This document shows, piece after piece, positions 25,999 to 35,523 of a stretch of DNA of 64,000 nt. Location: assembly GCA_021731585.1 (NCBI GenBank), contig JAKFXB010000124.1, positions 9,313 through 73,312 of the forward strand, given 5' to 3'. The stretch comes from Alphaproteobacteria bacterium. Its GTDB lineage: Bacteria > Pseudomonadota > Alphaproteobacteria > UBA9655. The stretch's first letter is position 1. Every line of letters starts with the position of its first letter. A program made the position numbers and the translations under genes. Below the pieces are notes generated by a model. It was not told where the DNA came from. It searched no databases and was given only the letters and a program-made list of their open reading frames with translations.

Positions 25999-27756
25999 AT
26001 GGTGAGTAAGATGAATTTTTTCCATAGCTTTCGGAATGAAATTTTAAACAGCATTGAAAAGCTTGCTAAGGAAGGCCGGCTGCCCGAAGGCCTTACCCTC
26101 GATAAAATTACAACCGAACCTCCCCGAGATGCCACCCATGGAGATATCTCTACCAATGCGGCCATGATTTTATCAAAGCCTGCTCACATGAATCCTCGAG
26201 AGCTGGGCGAACTTATTGCCAAAGAGCTTGAATCCCTTCCCTATGTGACTGAGGTATCCGTAGCAGGACCCGGGTTTATCAATCTGCGTCTCACCCCTAA
26301 TTTTTGGTATAAAGAATTAGAAACTATCTTAAAGGAAAAGGAAGAGTACGGCTCCTCTTCCATTGGCCTTGGAGAGAAAATTAACCTTGAGTATGTCTCG
26401 ACAAATCCAACGGGCCCTATGCACGCAGGTCATGGACGTGTGGCTGTTGTGGCAGACGTTCTTGCCAACCTCCTCGAAAAAGTGGGCTATCGGGTCTTGC
26501 GTGAATTTTATGTCAATGATGCGGGCGGTCAAGCTGAAAAGCTAGCGCAGTCGACCTACCTTCGCTACAAGGAGGCCCTTGGTCATGAAATTGGAATCAT
26601 TCCTGAAGGCTATTACCCAGGAGACTATTTGAAAGAGGTAGGAGAGGCCCTCGCTACACGCGACGGAGACAAATGGCTCTCTCTCCCTGAATCAGAATGG
26701 CTCGAACCCTTACGCGAATTTTCTATTAACGCCATGATGACCATGATTCGAAAAGATCTGGCGTTGTTGGGCATCAACCACGAAGTCTTTACCTCCGAGA
26801 CGGAACTCCATCGCATGGGAGCTGTTGAGGCGGCTATCCAAACCCTGAAAGAGAGAGGGCTTATCTATGAAGGAATTTTAGAGCCTCCTAAGGGGAAAGT
26901 CATTGAAAACTGGAAGCCTCGCAAGCAAATGCTCTTCCGCTCGACCGAATTTGGAGATGATGCGGATCGTCCTCTTCAAAAGGTGGATGGCTCCTGGGCC
27001 TATTTTGCCGGCGATATTGCTTATCATTACGATAAATTCCGTAGAGGCTATCCCAACATGATCAATGTATGGGGTGCTGATCATGTGGGAACGGTCAAGC
27101 GGGTCACCTCTGCTGTTAAAGCCATTACGGAAGGCAAAGGTCACCTGGATGTGATTCTTTGCCAAATTGTGAACTTTATGGAGGGAGGAAAACCCATCAA
27201 AATGTCAAAACGGGCGGGCACCTTTATTGAAATCAAAGAAGTGATTGATAAGGTTGGACGAGATGCTTTTCGTTTTATGATGATCACCCGCAAAAGTGAC
27301 GCCCATTTGGATTTTGATTTTAAGAAAGTTTTGGAACAAACCCGGGACAATCCCGTTTTCTACATTCAATATGCCCATGCCCGATGCCATTCGGTAATGC
27401 GCATGGCAGAAGACGTCTTCCCCAAATGGAGCGAAACTTCTGCTGAAGTCTATGCAGGACTTGATGATCCCGATGAACTCCACCTTCTAAAGCTTTTGGC
27501 CGCTTGGCCCCGCCATGTGGAAATTGCCGCCACCGCCCGCGAGCCACACCGTTTGTGTTATGCCCTCTATGAAATTGCGGCACAATTTCATATGCTGTGG
27601 AATAAGGGAAAGGAGAACACCCTCTTGCGTTTTATCATAGCTGACAACAAAGAACTGACCCGAACCCGCCTTGCCATGATTCAAGGAGTGGCAACTATTA
27701 TTGCATCGGGTTTTCAAATCATTGGCGTCACGCCCGTTAAGGAGATGAGAGAATGA
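25999..27756 (+). CDS. argS: arginine--tRNA ligase
   Basis: HIGH-type motif (NPTGPMHAGHGR), KMSKR motif, and a DALR anticodon-binding C-terminus. Confidence 0.95.
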   Translation: MVSKMNFFHSFRNEILNSIEKLAKEGRLPEGLTLDKITTEPPRDATHGDISTNAAMILSKPAHMNPRELGELIAKELESLPYVTEVSVAGPGFINLRLTPNFWYKELETILKEKEEYGSSSIGLGEKINLEYVSTNPTGPMHAGHGRVAVVADVLANLLEKVGYRVLREFYVNDAGGQAEKLAQSTYLRYKEALGHEIGIIPEGYYPGDYLKEVGEALATRDGDKWLSLPESEWLEPLREFSINAMMTMIRKDLALLGINHEVFTSETELHRMGAVEAAIQTLKERGLIYEGILEPPKGKVIENWKPRKQMLFRSTEFGDDADRPLQKVDGSWAYFAGDIAYHYDKFRRGYPNMINVWGADHVGTVKRVTSAVKAITEGKGHLDVILCQIVNFMEGGKPIKMSKRAGTFIEIKEVIDKVGRDAFRFMMITRKSDAHLDFDFKKVLEQTRDNPVFYIQYAHARCHSVMRMAEDVFPKWSETSAEVYAGLDDPDELHLLKLLAAWPRHVEIAATAREPHRLCYALYEIAAQFHMLWNKGKENTLLRFIIADNKELTRTRLAMIQGVATIIASGFQIIGVTPVKEMRE

Positions 27757-28562
27757 CTTTTTCTCCCAATGACGATGATCGCCTCTGGCAAGACCCTAAA
27801 TCTGAGGGATGGTTTCGTTTTTCCTCTCCCTTCCATTATATCATTCTTTTACTGATCCTTATTGCTCTCGTTGTTGGCGCCTGGTATCTTCTCACGCCAG
27901 CACGTCAGAGCTATAATGAGAAAAATCTAGCTCTTATTCGTGCCGATGATACCCCCTATAAGATCAAGGCAGAAAATCAAGCTCTTCCAGGAATTAAGCA
28001 TCAAGACAAGCTTATTTACAGCCGTATTCGCAACGATGAAAATGCGCCCCCCGTTGAGCACATTTTGCCCGATCCTGAACCTATTCTTATTGATACCCAA
28101 ACGGATCCTTCTCCCATAAAAATGGAGAATCTCTATTCTCCTGAAGATGTCCAATTAGAAAAAGTAGAGGAAGAAGCTCCCAAAGCCAAAGAAAATGCCC
28201 TTCTTTCTATAGCTTCCATTGAAGAACTTATTGAGGGAGATTCTGAAGAAATCTCTAAAGGGGCTTCTAAAAAAACATCTGAAGAAGCCCCTCCTCCCCA
28301 AAGTAAAACCCGCCAATCGAATGTTTTGATTCAGCTGGGCTCTCTTAAAAGTCATGATCTGGCTCAAGAGGAATGGAGACGCATTTCAGGAAAAAATAAG
28401 GATGCTTTAGGCGGTTTAGAGCCCTTAATTCAAAAAGTGGACCTTGGGGCTGAAAAAGGCATTTTTTACCGCTTGCGTACCGGCGTTGAAAGCCAAGAAC
28501 AGGCAAAAAAAGTTTGTGCAACTCTCATTGAAAGAAAGGTAGAGTGTCTTGTTATCCATTAA
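27753..28562 (+). CDS. SPOR domain-containing membrane protein
   Basis: N-terminal TM segment, a low-complexity linker, and a C-terminal SPOR-like domain (VLIQLGSLKSHDLAQEEWRRI...GIFYRLRTG). This is the usual alphaproteobacterial neighbour of argS. Confidence 0.75.
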   Translation: MTFSPNDDDRLWQDPKSEGWFRFSSPFHYIILLLILIALVVGAWYLLTPARQSYNEKNLALIRADDTPYKIKAENQALPGIKHQDKLIYSRIRNDENAPPVEHILPDPEPILIDTQTDPSPIKMENLYSPEDVQLEKVEEEAPKAKENALLSIASIEELIEGDSEEISKGASKKTSEEAPPPQSKTRQSNVLIQLGSLKSHDLAQEEWRRISGKNKDALGGLEPLIQKVDLGAEKGIFYRLRTGVESQEQAKKVCATLIERKVECLVIH

Positions 28563-29478
28563 CGCCGCTTCTCCTGTTATTTTTGGCTGTTCAGGCCCAA
28601 CTCTAACTCTTGAGGAGCGTGTTTTTTTTGAGAAAAATCAGCCTCTTGGCTTTATTCTTTTTCAACGCAACATTGAAAATAAAATTCAACTCAAAGCCCT
28701 TATTGAAGATTTAAAATCAACGGCTTCCCATCCTAATGTCCCCATTCTAATCGACCAAGAAGGCGGCCGTGTTGTTCGTTTAAAAAGCCCAGAGTGGTTT
28801 GAAGCTCCTTCAAGTGCCATACTGGCGGAAGGTAACCTTGAGACTGCAAAGAAAAAGGTTTACGAATGCTATGCACGGATGGCGCAAGACCTAGTGGAGG
28901 TTGGCATTACGGTTGATTGCGCCCCCGTTCTAGACCTCCGCGTTAAAGGAGCGGATCCCATTATGGGCGATCGTACTTTTAGTTCTAACCCTGAAATTGT
29001 GGCAGAGTTGGGGAAAGTTGCGATTCAAGCTCTTCTCGAGGGAGGGATTACTCCCATCATGAAGCACATACCAGGCCATGGGGCAGCCACCTGCGATAGC
29101 CATGAAGAGGTCCCCGTCATTTCTCTTTCCTTAAAGCAACTTCTCCCTCATTTTGAACCTTTTAAGGCCAATCATCATTGCCCTGCAGCCATGACAGCTC
29201 ACATCATTTATTCGGCAATTGATCGTTTTCATACGGCCACCCAATCTTCCATTATAATTAAAGAAGTCATCCGCCGTGAAATTGGTTTTCATGGCTTTCT
29301 TATCAGTGATGATTTAGGCATGAAGGCTCTTTCTGGCTCCTTCTCCTTAAGAGCTCAGACCTCTTTAAAAGCTGGATGTGATGCAGTTTTACACTGCTCT
29401 GGAAAAATGGACGAAATGATTGATGTGATGAAAGGGGTTGCCCCGTTTTCCATCATCTTAAAAGAAAAGGCAGGCTAA
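28549..29478 (+). CDS. nagZ: beta-N-acetylhexosaminidase (GH3)
   Basis: Motifs LIDQEGGRVVRL, KHIPGHG and ISDDLGM. Confidence 0.88.
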   Translation: MLSINAASPVIFGCSGPTLTLEERVFFEKNQPLGFILFQRNIENKIQLKALIEDLKSTASHPNVPILIDQEGGRVVRLKSPEWFEAPSSAILAEGNLETAKKKVYECYARMAQDLVEVGITVDCAPVLDLRVKGADPIMGDRTFSSNPEIVAELGKVAIQALLEGGITPIMKHIPGHGAATCDSHEEVPVISLSLKQLLPHFEPFKANHHCPAAMTAHIIYSAIDRFHTATQSSIIIKEVIRREIGFHGFLISDDLGMKALSGSFSLRAQTSLKAGCDAVLHCSGKMDEMIDVMKGVAPFSIILKEKAG

Positions 29479-30137
29479 TGGAACTTTTCCTTAAAATTCT
29501 GATTATCGGCATCCCCCTCCTTTTAGCCATCACGCTGCACGAGGCCGCCCACGGTTATGCAGCCCTACGTTACGGCGATGATACGGCAAAGGTGATGGGA
29601 CGGGTTTCCATGAACCCGCTTCGTCACATTGATCCGCTTGGAACAATTATTTTGCCCGGCCTTTTACTGCTTAGCGGCTCTCCCGTTCTTTTCGGCTATG
29701 CAAAGCCGGTTCCTGTGAACTTTAATCGCCTGAACAACCCGCGCCGCGATAGCGTGATTGTTGCTGCCGCGGGGCCTGCAACTAACCTTATTCTTGCCTA
29801 TATCTCGGCCCTTTTATTTCATGTCCTTGTTTTCTTTCCTCTTAATGTTCAGCTTTTACTGCAAGAAATGCTTTCCTTTTCGGTTCTTATTAATGCGATG
29901 TTAGCCATTTTTAACATGATTCCCATTCCTCCCCTTGATGGCGGCCGCGTTGCTGTGGGTCTTTTGCCCGATGGCTTAGCGCGCCCCCTTGCTCGCTTAG
30001 AGCCCTATGGCATCTTTATTATTTTTGGCCTTATTTTGATTCCTTATTTATTAGGCCTTAATTTCCTTGGATGGCTTGTTTTACATCCTGTAAAACTTAT
30101 TGTTGAAATTATTTCACTTTTAGCTGGATTATCTTAA
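29478..30137 (+). CDS. site-2 protease family (M50) membrane metalloprotease
   Basis: HEAAHG zinc motif in TM1, multi-TM, and a NMIPIPPLDGG motif. Confidence 0.8.
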   Translation: MELFLKILIIGIPLLLAITLHEAAHGYAALRYGDDTAKVMGRVSMNPLRHIDPLGTIILPGLLLLSGSPVLFGYAKPVPVNFNRLNNPRRDSVIVAAAGPATNLILAYISALLFHVLVFFPLNVQLLLQEMLSFSVLINAMLAIFNMIPIPPLDGGRVAVGLLPDGLARPLARLEPYGIFIIFGLILIPYLLGLNFLGWLVLHPVKLIVEIISLLAGLS

Positions 30138-30181
30138 AAATCTGATTATATTAATGTAATTAATGAAAAGGAGACCCTACT

Positions 30182-30328
30182 ATGGGATTAAGTTTAAGCC
30201 ATATTCTTCTGGTTCTCGTTGCTGTTGTCCTGGTCTTTGGGGCGAAAAGACTTCCGTCTATTATGCAAGACTTAGCAAAAGGGCTCAGAGCTTTTAAAGA
30301 CGGCCTTAGAGACGGAGAAGAGAAGTAA
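30182..30328 (+). CDS. tatA: twin-arginine translocase subunit TatA
   Basis: 48-aa ORF absent from the supplied track (under 60 aa): MGLSLSHILLVLVAVVLVFGAKRLPSIMQDLAKGLRAFKDGLRDGEEK. AAGGAG RBS. The stop overlaps the tatB ATG. Confidence 0.85.
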   Translation: MGLSLSHILLVLVAVVLVFGAKRLPSIMQDLAKGLRAFKDGLRDGEEK

Positions 30329-30546
30329 TGAACCTCGCCGGTTGGAGTGAGTTTCTTTTTATAGGTCTTTTGGCCTTCATTATTATTGGCCCCAAGGATT
30401 TGCCAAAGGTTCTCTATACTTGCGGCCGTTTTTTCCAAAACCTGCGCCGCCTTTCAGGCGAATTCATGGCTGAATTTGAAGCCATCCACCACCTCAAGGA
30501 ACTTGAGGACTCAAAACCCCTTAAACGAAAGGATAACAACAAATGA
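30328..30546 (+). CDS. tatB: twin-arginine translocase subunit TatB (short)
   Basis: 72 aa. N-terminal TM plus amphipathic helix FIGLLAFIIIGPKDLPKV, located between tatA and tatC. Confidence 0.75.
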   Translation: MNLAGWSEFLFIGLLAFIIIGPKDLPKVLYTCGRFFQNLRRLSGEFMAEFEAIHHLKELEDSKPLKRKDNNK

Positions 30547-31688
30547 TTAAAAAATTTTTCCTTCTTACCTCAGTACTTATGTTTTCAGCAGCTTCCGTCT
30601 CTGCAGAAAAACTTATTCTTCTTTCAAATTATGATAATGCCGGTGATCACAATCAAGTTCTGGGAATTGCAAGAGCCTTTAAAGGACTTTCCCCCGATGT
30701 TATTATTGAAGACATCAATACAAAAACGACATCAGCAAGCGCTATTAAGGAGATGGTCACCCCTGATGACAAGACTATTGTCATTGGCTCCGGCGAAGGA
30801 GGCATTCTTGGAATTCAAGACTTAACCCCTCGGGAAAACCTTGTGATTTGCCTTACCTCTCATATGATTTTAGGCGGATATAGTGATCCTAATCTTATAC
30901 AGAAAGTCAATTTTCTTGCCCTTCCCGTCCATGCAAGCGATACTCTTTCTGCAGAGTGGAAAGATAAACTTATTAATACAACGGGTGTTGCCCACAACCG
31001 GTCTTCAGAAGATCCCCTCAAAGCTTATGAGCTTGGGAAAGGGACATTTCCCTCCTCATGCCCTTCTTACTTGGCTGTTTACTTAGGAGGCGATGCCCCC
31101 ACGCCTCAAAAGGTTACTAAACTTTTTACAGAAGCTGAGGCAAAAGAACTTGCTGATTATGTAGCAAAAAACGCTGGTGAATCTTGTATTCTTGTTCTTA
31201 ATGGCCCACGCACAGGCAAACATGATGCCAGTCTGCAAGAAATAGCAACCGCTCACCGCGATGGACAACTTGATCACGTCACAGCTGCTTTCAAAGAAAA
31301 ACTTGAAAGTCAGATAGCCCCTGAAAAAGTGAAAATTTACAACTTTCAGTTTGGCCAAGATTTAGGCTATAACACCTTTGACCTCGTCTTAGGCGCCTTA
31401 CTTGAAAATGAGGGAAAAATTCTTGTCCCTGGCGAGTCAACTTCTGTGATCTCAGAGGCTATTGATGTCCTCCCTGCAGGGAAGGTGACCATTTATAATA
31501 ACGGCGCCATGAATGAGATTCATGAAAAGCACGTCATGAGTGAAGCGAACGCTGGCAGAGCTTCTCTTCTTCTGGGCTATCAGGATTTTCAAGCTCTTAA
31601 GACTGGAGAGTTTGGAGAGATGCAAGCTTCTTCAAAAAGCGCTGCGCAAACCATTGCGGAGAGGTTATGGGAAGCTGCTCAACCTTAA
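30543..31688 (+). CDS. secreted protein, possibly ELM1/DUF1022 family
   Basis: 381 aa with a signal peptide. The motifs NAGDHNQVLGIARAF, AVYLGGD and LNGPRTG resemble bacterial ELM1-family proteins, from memory. It is inserted between tatB and tatC. Confidence 0.55.
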   Translation: MIKKFFLLTSVLMFSAASVSAEKLILLSNYDNAGDHNQVLGIARAFKGLSPDVIIEDINTKTTSASAIKEMVTPDDKTIVIGSGEGGILGIQDLTPRENLVICLTSHMILGGYSDPNLIQKVNFLALPVHASDTLSAEWKDKLINTTGVAHNRSSEDPLKAYELGKGTFPSSCPSYLAVYLGGDAPTPQKVTKLFTEAEAKELADYVAKNAGESCILVLNGPRTGKHDASLQEIATAHRDGQLDHVTAAFKEKLESQIAPEKVKIYNFQFGQDLGYNTFDLVLGALLENEGKILVPGESTSVISEAIDVLPAGKVTIYNNGAMNEIHEKHVMSEANAGRASLLLGYQDFQALKTGEFGEMQASSKSAAQTIAERLWEAAQP

Positions 31689-31709
31689 TGTTTTCTAAAC
31701 TAAAAAATA

Positions 31710-31798
31710 TCGTCATTGCGAGGAGGGCAAAAGCCCGACGAAGCAATCCACTAAAACCTATAGATTGCCACGGCCCCTATGGGGCCTCGCAATGACGA
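31710..31798. repeat. 89-bp highly structured palindromic element (MITE/REP-like)
   Basis: Perfect 14-bp terminal inverted repeat tcgtcattgcgagg / cctcgcaatgacga. Inner hairpins are gggc aaaa gccc, gcaatc..gattgc and ggcccc tat ggggcc. Confidence 0.6.
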
Positions 31799-31811
31799 CG
31801 AGTTGTAAACC

Positions 31812-32600
31812 ATGACCCAAAAACCTCTTCTTGAACATTTACTCGAACTCAGAAAGCGTTTGGTTTACAGCTTGCTCGCCCTTGGTTTAGCGATTGGCCT
31901 CTGCTATCCTTTTGCGCCAACGCTGTTCCAGTTTTTAACTGATCCTCTGTGGCAGGCCATGGGGGCGGAAGAAGGGCGGCGCCTTATTTACACAGGCCTG
32001 ACGGAAGCTTTCCTCACCTACCTAAAACTCGCCTTTTTTGCCGGTTTTATTGTGGTTTTTCCTTATCTTCTTTGGCAAGCTTGGCTATTTGTGGGCCCAG
32101 GTCTATATGACCATGAAAAGCGAGCCATCTGGCCGGCCCTGATCGCAAGCCCCCTTCTTTTTTTAGCAGGCACAAGCCTTGCCTATTACGTAGTATGCCC
32201 CTGGGCGTGGAAATTTTTCTTAAGCTTTGAAATGCCCCCCTCTCCCGACGGCCTTTCCCTCCAATTGGAAGCCCGCATGAGCGAGTATCTTTCCCTTATT
32301 ATGAAACTCATTATAGCTTTTGGGGTGTGTTTTCAGTTGCCCTTAATTTTGATTGGCCTTGCAAAATTGGGAGTTGTTAGCCTTCAAAGCCTTCAGCGCA
32401 ATCGCAAATATGCCTTTCTTATTATTGTGGTGGTGGCTGCTGTGATTACGCCTCCGGACATCATCAGCCCTTTAAGTTTGATAATTCCTCTTTATACCCT
32501 CTATGAAATTTCTATAATTTTGGTAAAACTATCCTTGAAAGAGAAAGGATTGGATTGTGCTCGACACCAAATGGATCCGGGAAAATCCGGAAGACTTTGA
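31812..32600 (+). CDS. tatC: twin-arginine translocase subunit TatC
   Basis: 262 aa with 6 TM segments. N-terminal [12 protein letters not shown], and PPD near the C-terminus. Confidence 0.92.
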   Translation: MTQKPLLEHLLELRKRLVYSLLALGLAIGLCYPFAPTLFQFLTDPLWQAMGAEEGRRLIYTGLTEAFLTYLKLAFFAGFIVVFPYLLWQAWLFVGPGLYDHEKRAIWPALIASPLLFLAGTSLAYYVVCPWAWKFFLSFEMPPSPDGLSLQLEARMSEYLSLIMKLIIAFGVCFQLPLILIGLAKLGVVSLQSLQRNRKYAFLIIVVVAAVITPPDIISPLSLIIPLYTLYEISIILVKLSLKEKGLDCARHQMDPGKSGRL

Positions 32601-33840
32601 TAACGCCTTAACAAACCGGGGACTTGCACCAGCTTCCGCTGAGATTATCACCCTCGATGAAGAGCGTCGCTTAGCCATTCAATCTGCGCAAGAAATGCAA
32701 AACCGTCGTAATGGGCTCGCCAAGCAAATTGGAGAAGCTAAATCCAAGGGCGGGAATGCGGAAGAGCTTTTGCAAGAAGCGGGACAACTGCGCGATAAAC
32801 TCCCCTTAGAGGAAGAGAAAGTTCGCCTTTTAGAAGAAAAGCTCAAAGCCATCATGGATGTTTTACCTAATATCCCTTCAAAGGACGTTCCTGTTGGTAA
32901 AAGCGAGGAAGATAACAAAGAAGTTCATCACTGGGGAGAAAAACCCTCCTTTTCTTTCACGCCAAAACAACACTATGAAATCGGTGAAGCGCTAGGCTTT
33001 ATGGATTTTGAAGCCTCCGCCAAGATTTCTGGCTCCCGTTTTGTGGTGCTTAAATCTGACCTCGCCCGCCTTGAGCGCGCGTTGGGGGCGTTTATGTTGG
33101 ATACTCACACCCAAGAGTATGGCTACACGGAAGTCTCCCCGCCCTATATAGTGCGCAGCCAAGCGATGTATGGGGCCGGCCAGCTTCCTAAATTTGCGGA
33201 AGATGCCTTTGTCACAACAAATGACTATTGGCTGATTCCTACAGCAGAAGTCCCCCTGACGAATTTGGTGGCTGGGGATATTCTAGAGCAAGAAACCCTT
33301 CCCCAGCGCTTTGTGGCCTACACCCCTTGTTTCCGCTCTGAAGCCGGGTCAGCAGGAAAAGACACCCGCGGTATGTTCCGAGTCCACCAATTTCACAAAG
33401 TTGAACTCGTCAGCATTACCCATCCAGAAACCTCGGAGACGGAGCACCAGCGCATGCTCAAGGCCGCCCAGTCCATCCTTGAACACCTAAAAATCCATTA
33501 CCGTACGGTCATTTTATGCACAGGCGATATGGGCACTTGTCCTCAAAAAACCTATGATATTGAAGTTTGGCTTCCTGGCCAAAACGCTTATCGTGAAATC
33601 TCTAGTTGTTCCAATTTTGGAGACTATCAAGCCCGCCGCATGAATACTCGTTATCGTGATAGAGACAAAAAAACCCGTTTCGTCCATACATTAAATGGCT
33701 CGGGGCTGGCTGTAGGCCGTACGCTCATTGCTATTTTAGAAAACTATCAACAAGAGGATGGATCTGTTATCATCCCTGATGTATTAAGATCGTATATGAG
33801 AGGAGAAGCTCTCATCAAAGCGCAAAAGGTGGAAAGATGA
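32557..33840 (+). CDS. serS: serine--tRNA ligase
   Basis: N-terminal coiled coil ([12 protein letters not shown]...) and class II motifs ([16 protein letters not shown]). Confidence 0.95.
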   Translation: MLDTKWIRENPEDFDNALTNRGLAPASAEIITLDEERRLAIQSAQEMQNRRNGLAKQIGEAKSKGGNAEELLQEAGQLRDKLPLEEEKVRLLEEKLKAIMDVLPNIPSKDVPVGKSEEDNKEVHHWGEKPSFSFTPKQHYEIGEALGFMDFEASAKISGSRFVVLKSDLARLERALGAFMLDTHTQEYGYTEVSPPYIVRSQAMYGAGQLPKFAEDAFVTTNDYWLIPTAEVPLTNLVAGDILEQETLPQRFVAYTPCFRSEAGSAGKDTRGMFRVHQFHKVELVSITHPETSETEHQRMLKAAQSILEHLKIHYRTVILCTGDMGTCPQKTYDIEVWLPGQNAYREISSCSNFGDYQARRMNTRYRDRDKKTRFVHTLNGSGLAVGRTLIAILENYQQEDGSVIIPDVLRSYMRGEALIKAQKVER

Positions 33841-35024
33841 AGTTTAAATATTTAATGTTGTTTGTTAGCTGTTCTCTGATTTTAGGAGGAGAAGCTTTTT
33901 CTGCAGCTCCTGAAAAGAAAATTGTCACAGGACCGGATGATACGGTTTATGGTATTGCTTATAATAATGGCATCCCCACACGCTCCTTAATTGCTGCAAA
34001 TAACTTAAAGCCACCTTATGCTCTCAAAGCGGGGCAAGTTTTAATTGTCCCTCTCCCCAACCAACATATTGTGGGACAAGGAGAAACAGTGGAAAGCATT
34101 GCTGAAATTTATGCAGTCAATGTTGATATTTTAGCTCACGAAAACAATATAACAACACCTTCCTATATTGCACCAGGAACCGTTCTTTCCATTCCTGCTC
34201 GAAATACGGAAACCTTAGCGACCGCTTTAAAGGCCCCTGAAGAAATTAACGCTTCTTCATTGGCCCCCCTTCCGCTCGTAAGGTCAGAGCCTGGACCATC
34301 CTCTTTAGAACCTTTACCAACAGCTAAAGCTACAGCTTCAAATATGGCACTTCCTGACGATTTGGCCCAGGAATTGGCTGCAGAGAAAGGAACGGCGGCG
34401 GCTGCTGCTTCTGCTCCCGCGCCTCTTATGAATAACCTCGCTGAGAAGAAGGAAAAAGAAGTCGCAGTCGCTTCAAAGAAAAAGGAAGACAACGAAAAAT
34501 CCTCTAGGGAGGCTATGAAGGAAAAACCAAAGAAAGAGGAAAAATTCGCTAAAAAAGAAGAACCTAAAGAAGAGAAAGTAGCCTCAAAGAAAGACGAACC
34601 TGAACAAAATACAAAATCTGCAAAAGAAGATAAGGCAGAATCTGCTTCAAAGGATGTGGCTTTTACTTGGCCAGTCCAAGGAGAAATTTTGAAAAAATTT
34701 GCCTCTGGCGGTAAGAACGATGGTATAAATATTAAAGTTGCCAAGGGAACACCCGTGAAAGCGGCTGCTACAGGCACGGTCATGTACGCAGGAAGCGAAC
34801 TGAAAGGATTCGGCAATCTGCTGCTCCTTAAACATCAGGATGGCTGGGTCACTGCCTATGCGCACAATTCTGAGCTTCTTGTCAAGAAAGGAGACAAAGT
34901 AAAACAAGGTCAAGAAATTGCCAAATCGGGTACGCCCGAGGGTGATGCACAACAACCACAGTTGCACTTTGAAATCAGAAAAGTGAAACAACCCATTGAT
35001 CCTTTGACCAAACTTGAGTCATAA
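33837..35024 (+). CDS. LysM domain / M23 peptidase (NlpD-like)
   Basis: Signal peptide, two LysM repeats, a K/E/A-rich linker, and a C-terminal M23 domain ([24 protein letters not shown]...AYAH). Confidence 0.85.
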   Translation: MKFKYLMLFVSCSLILGGEAFSAAPEKKIVTGPDDTVYGIAYNNGIPTRSLIAANNLKPPYALKAGQVLIVPLPNQHIVGQGETVESIAEIYAVNVDILAHENNITTPSYIAPGTVLSIPARNTETLATALKAPEEINASSLAPLPLVRSEPGPSSLEPLPTAKATASNMALPDDLAQELAAEKGTAAAAASAPAPLMNNLAEKKEKEVAVASKKKEDNEKSSREAMKEKPKKEEKFAKKEEPKEEKVASKKDEPEQNTKSAKEDKAESASKDVAFTWPVQGEILKKFASGGKNDGINIKVAKGTPVKAAATGTVMYAGSELKGFGNLLLLKHQDGWVTAYAHNSELLVKKGDKVKQGQEIAKSGTPEGDAQQPQLHFEIRKVKQPIDPLTKLES

Positions 35025-35049
35025 AGTAAAGTAAACATAACATTAAGAA

Positions 35050-35502
35050 ATGAGGAAAACTATGAACGCACTATTTGACTTACTTATCTCCCCTGCCAAT
35101 GCTCAAGCGGCCCCAGGACCTTTTGGATTTGACATTATGTCTCTTCTTCCCCTTGTGCTAATCTTTGCGGTTTTCTATTTCTTTCTCATTCGCCCGCAAC
35201 AAAAAAAGGCGCAACAACAAAAAACTCTTCTCTCTTCCCTCAAGCGGGGAGATCGGGTTCTCACGAACGGTGGTTTGATTGGGACCATCTCAAAAGTCAT
35301 TAATGAGCAAGAACTTGAGGTAGAAATTGCAGACGGCGTTAAGGTCCGTATTGCTCGTCCAATGGTGGCTGATTTGCTTTTAAGCACAGAGCCTGCGCGG
35401 GAAGCTGAGCCGCGCAAAGAAAAAGAAACCATGACAAAATTGTCTTCCCGCAAGACAGTTGCACCTAAGACAACTGCACCTAAGAAAAAGTCATCTAAGT
35501 AA
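35050..35502 (+). CDS. yajC: preprotein translocase subunit YajC
   Basis: FYFFLIRPQQKKAQQQK...LKRGDRVLTNGGLIGTI is the YajC signature. The gene lies upstream of secDF. Confidence 0.88.
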   Translation: MRKTMNALFDLLISPANAQAAPGPFGFDIMSLLPLVLIFAVFYFFLIRPQQKKAQQQKTLLSSLKRGDRVLTNGGLIGTISKVINEQELEVEIADGVKVRIARPMVADLLLSTEPAREAEPRKEKETMTKLSSRKTVAPKTTAPKKKSSK

Positions 35503-35523
35503 AAGAAAAGTTTGAGCTAAGCA

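Noticed and set aside
30160-30438. 92-aa ORF on the minus strand
   Set aside because: It is antisense to the well-supported tatA and tatB genes. Spurious.
34163-34991. Two long minus-strand ORFs (217 aa and 114 aa)
   Set aside because: They lie antisense to the low-complexity K/E/A linker and M23 domain of the NlpD-like gene. Their open frames are a by-product of the biased composition.
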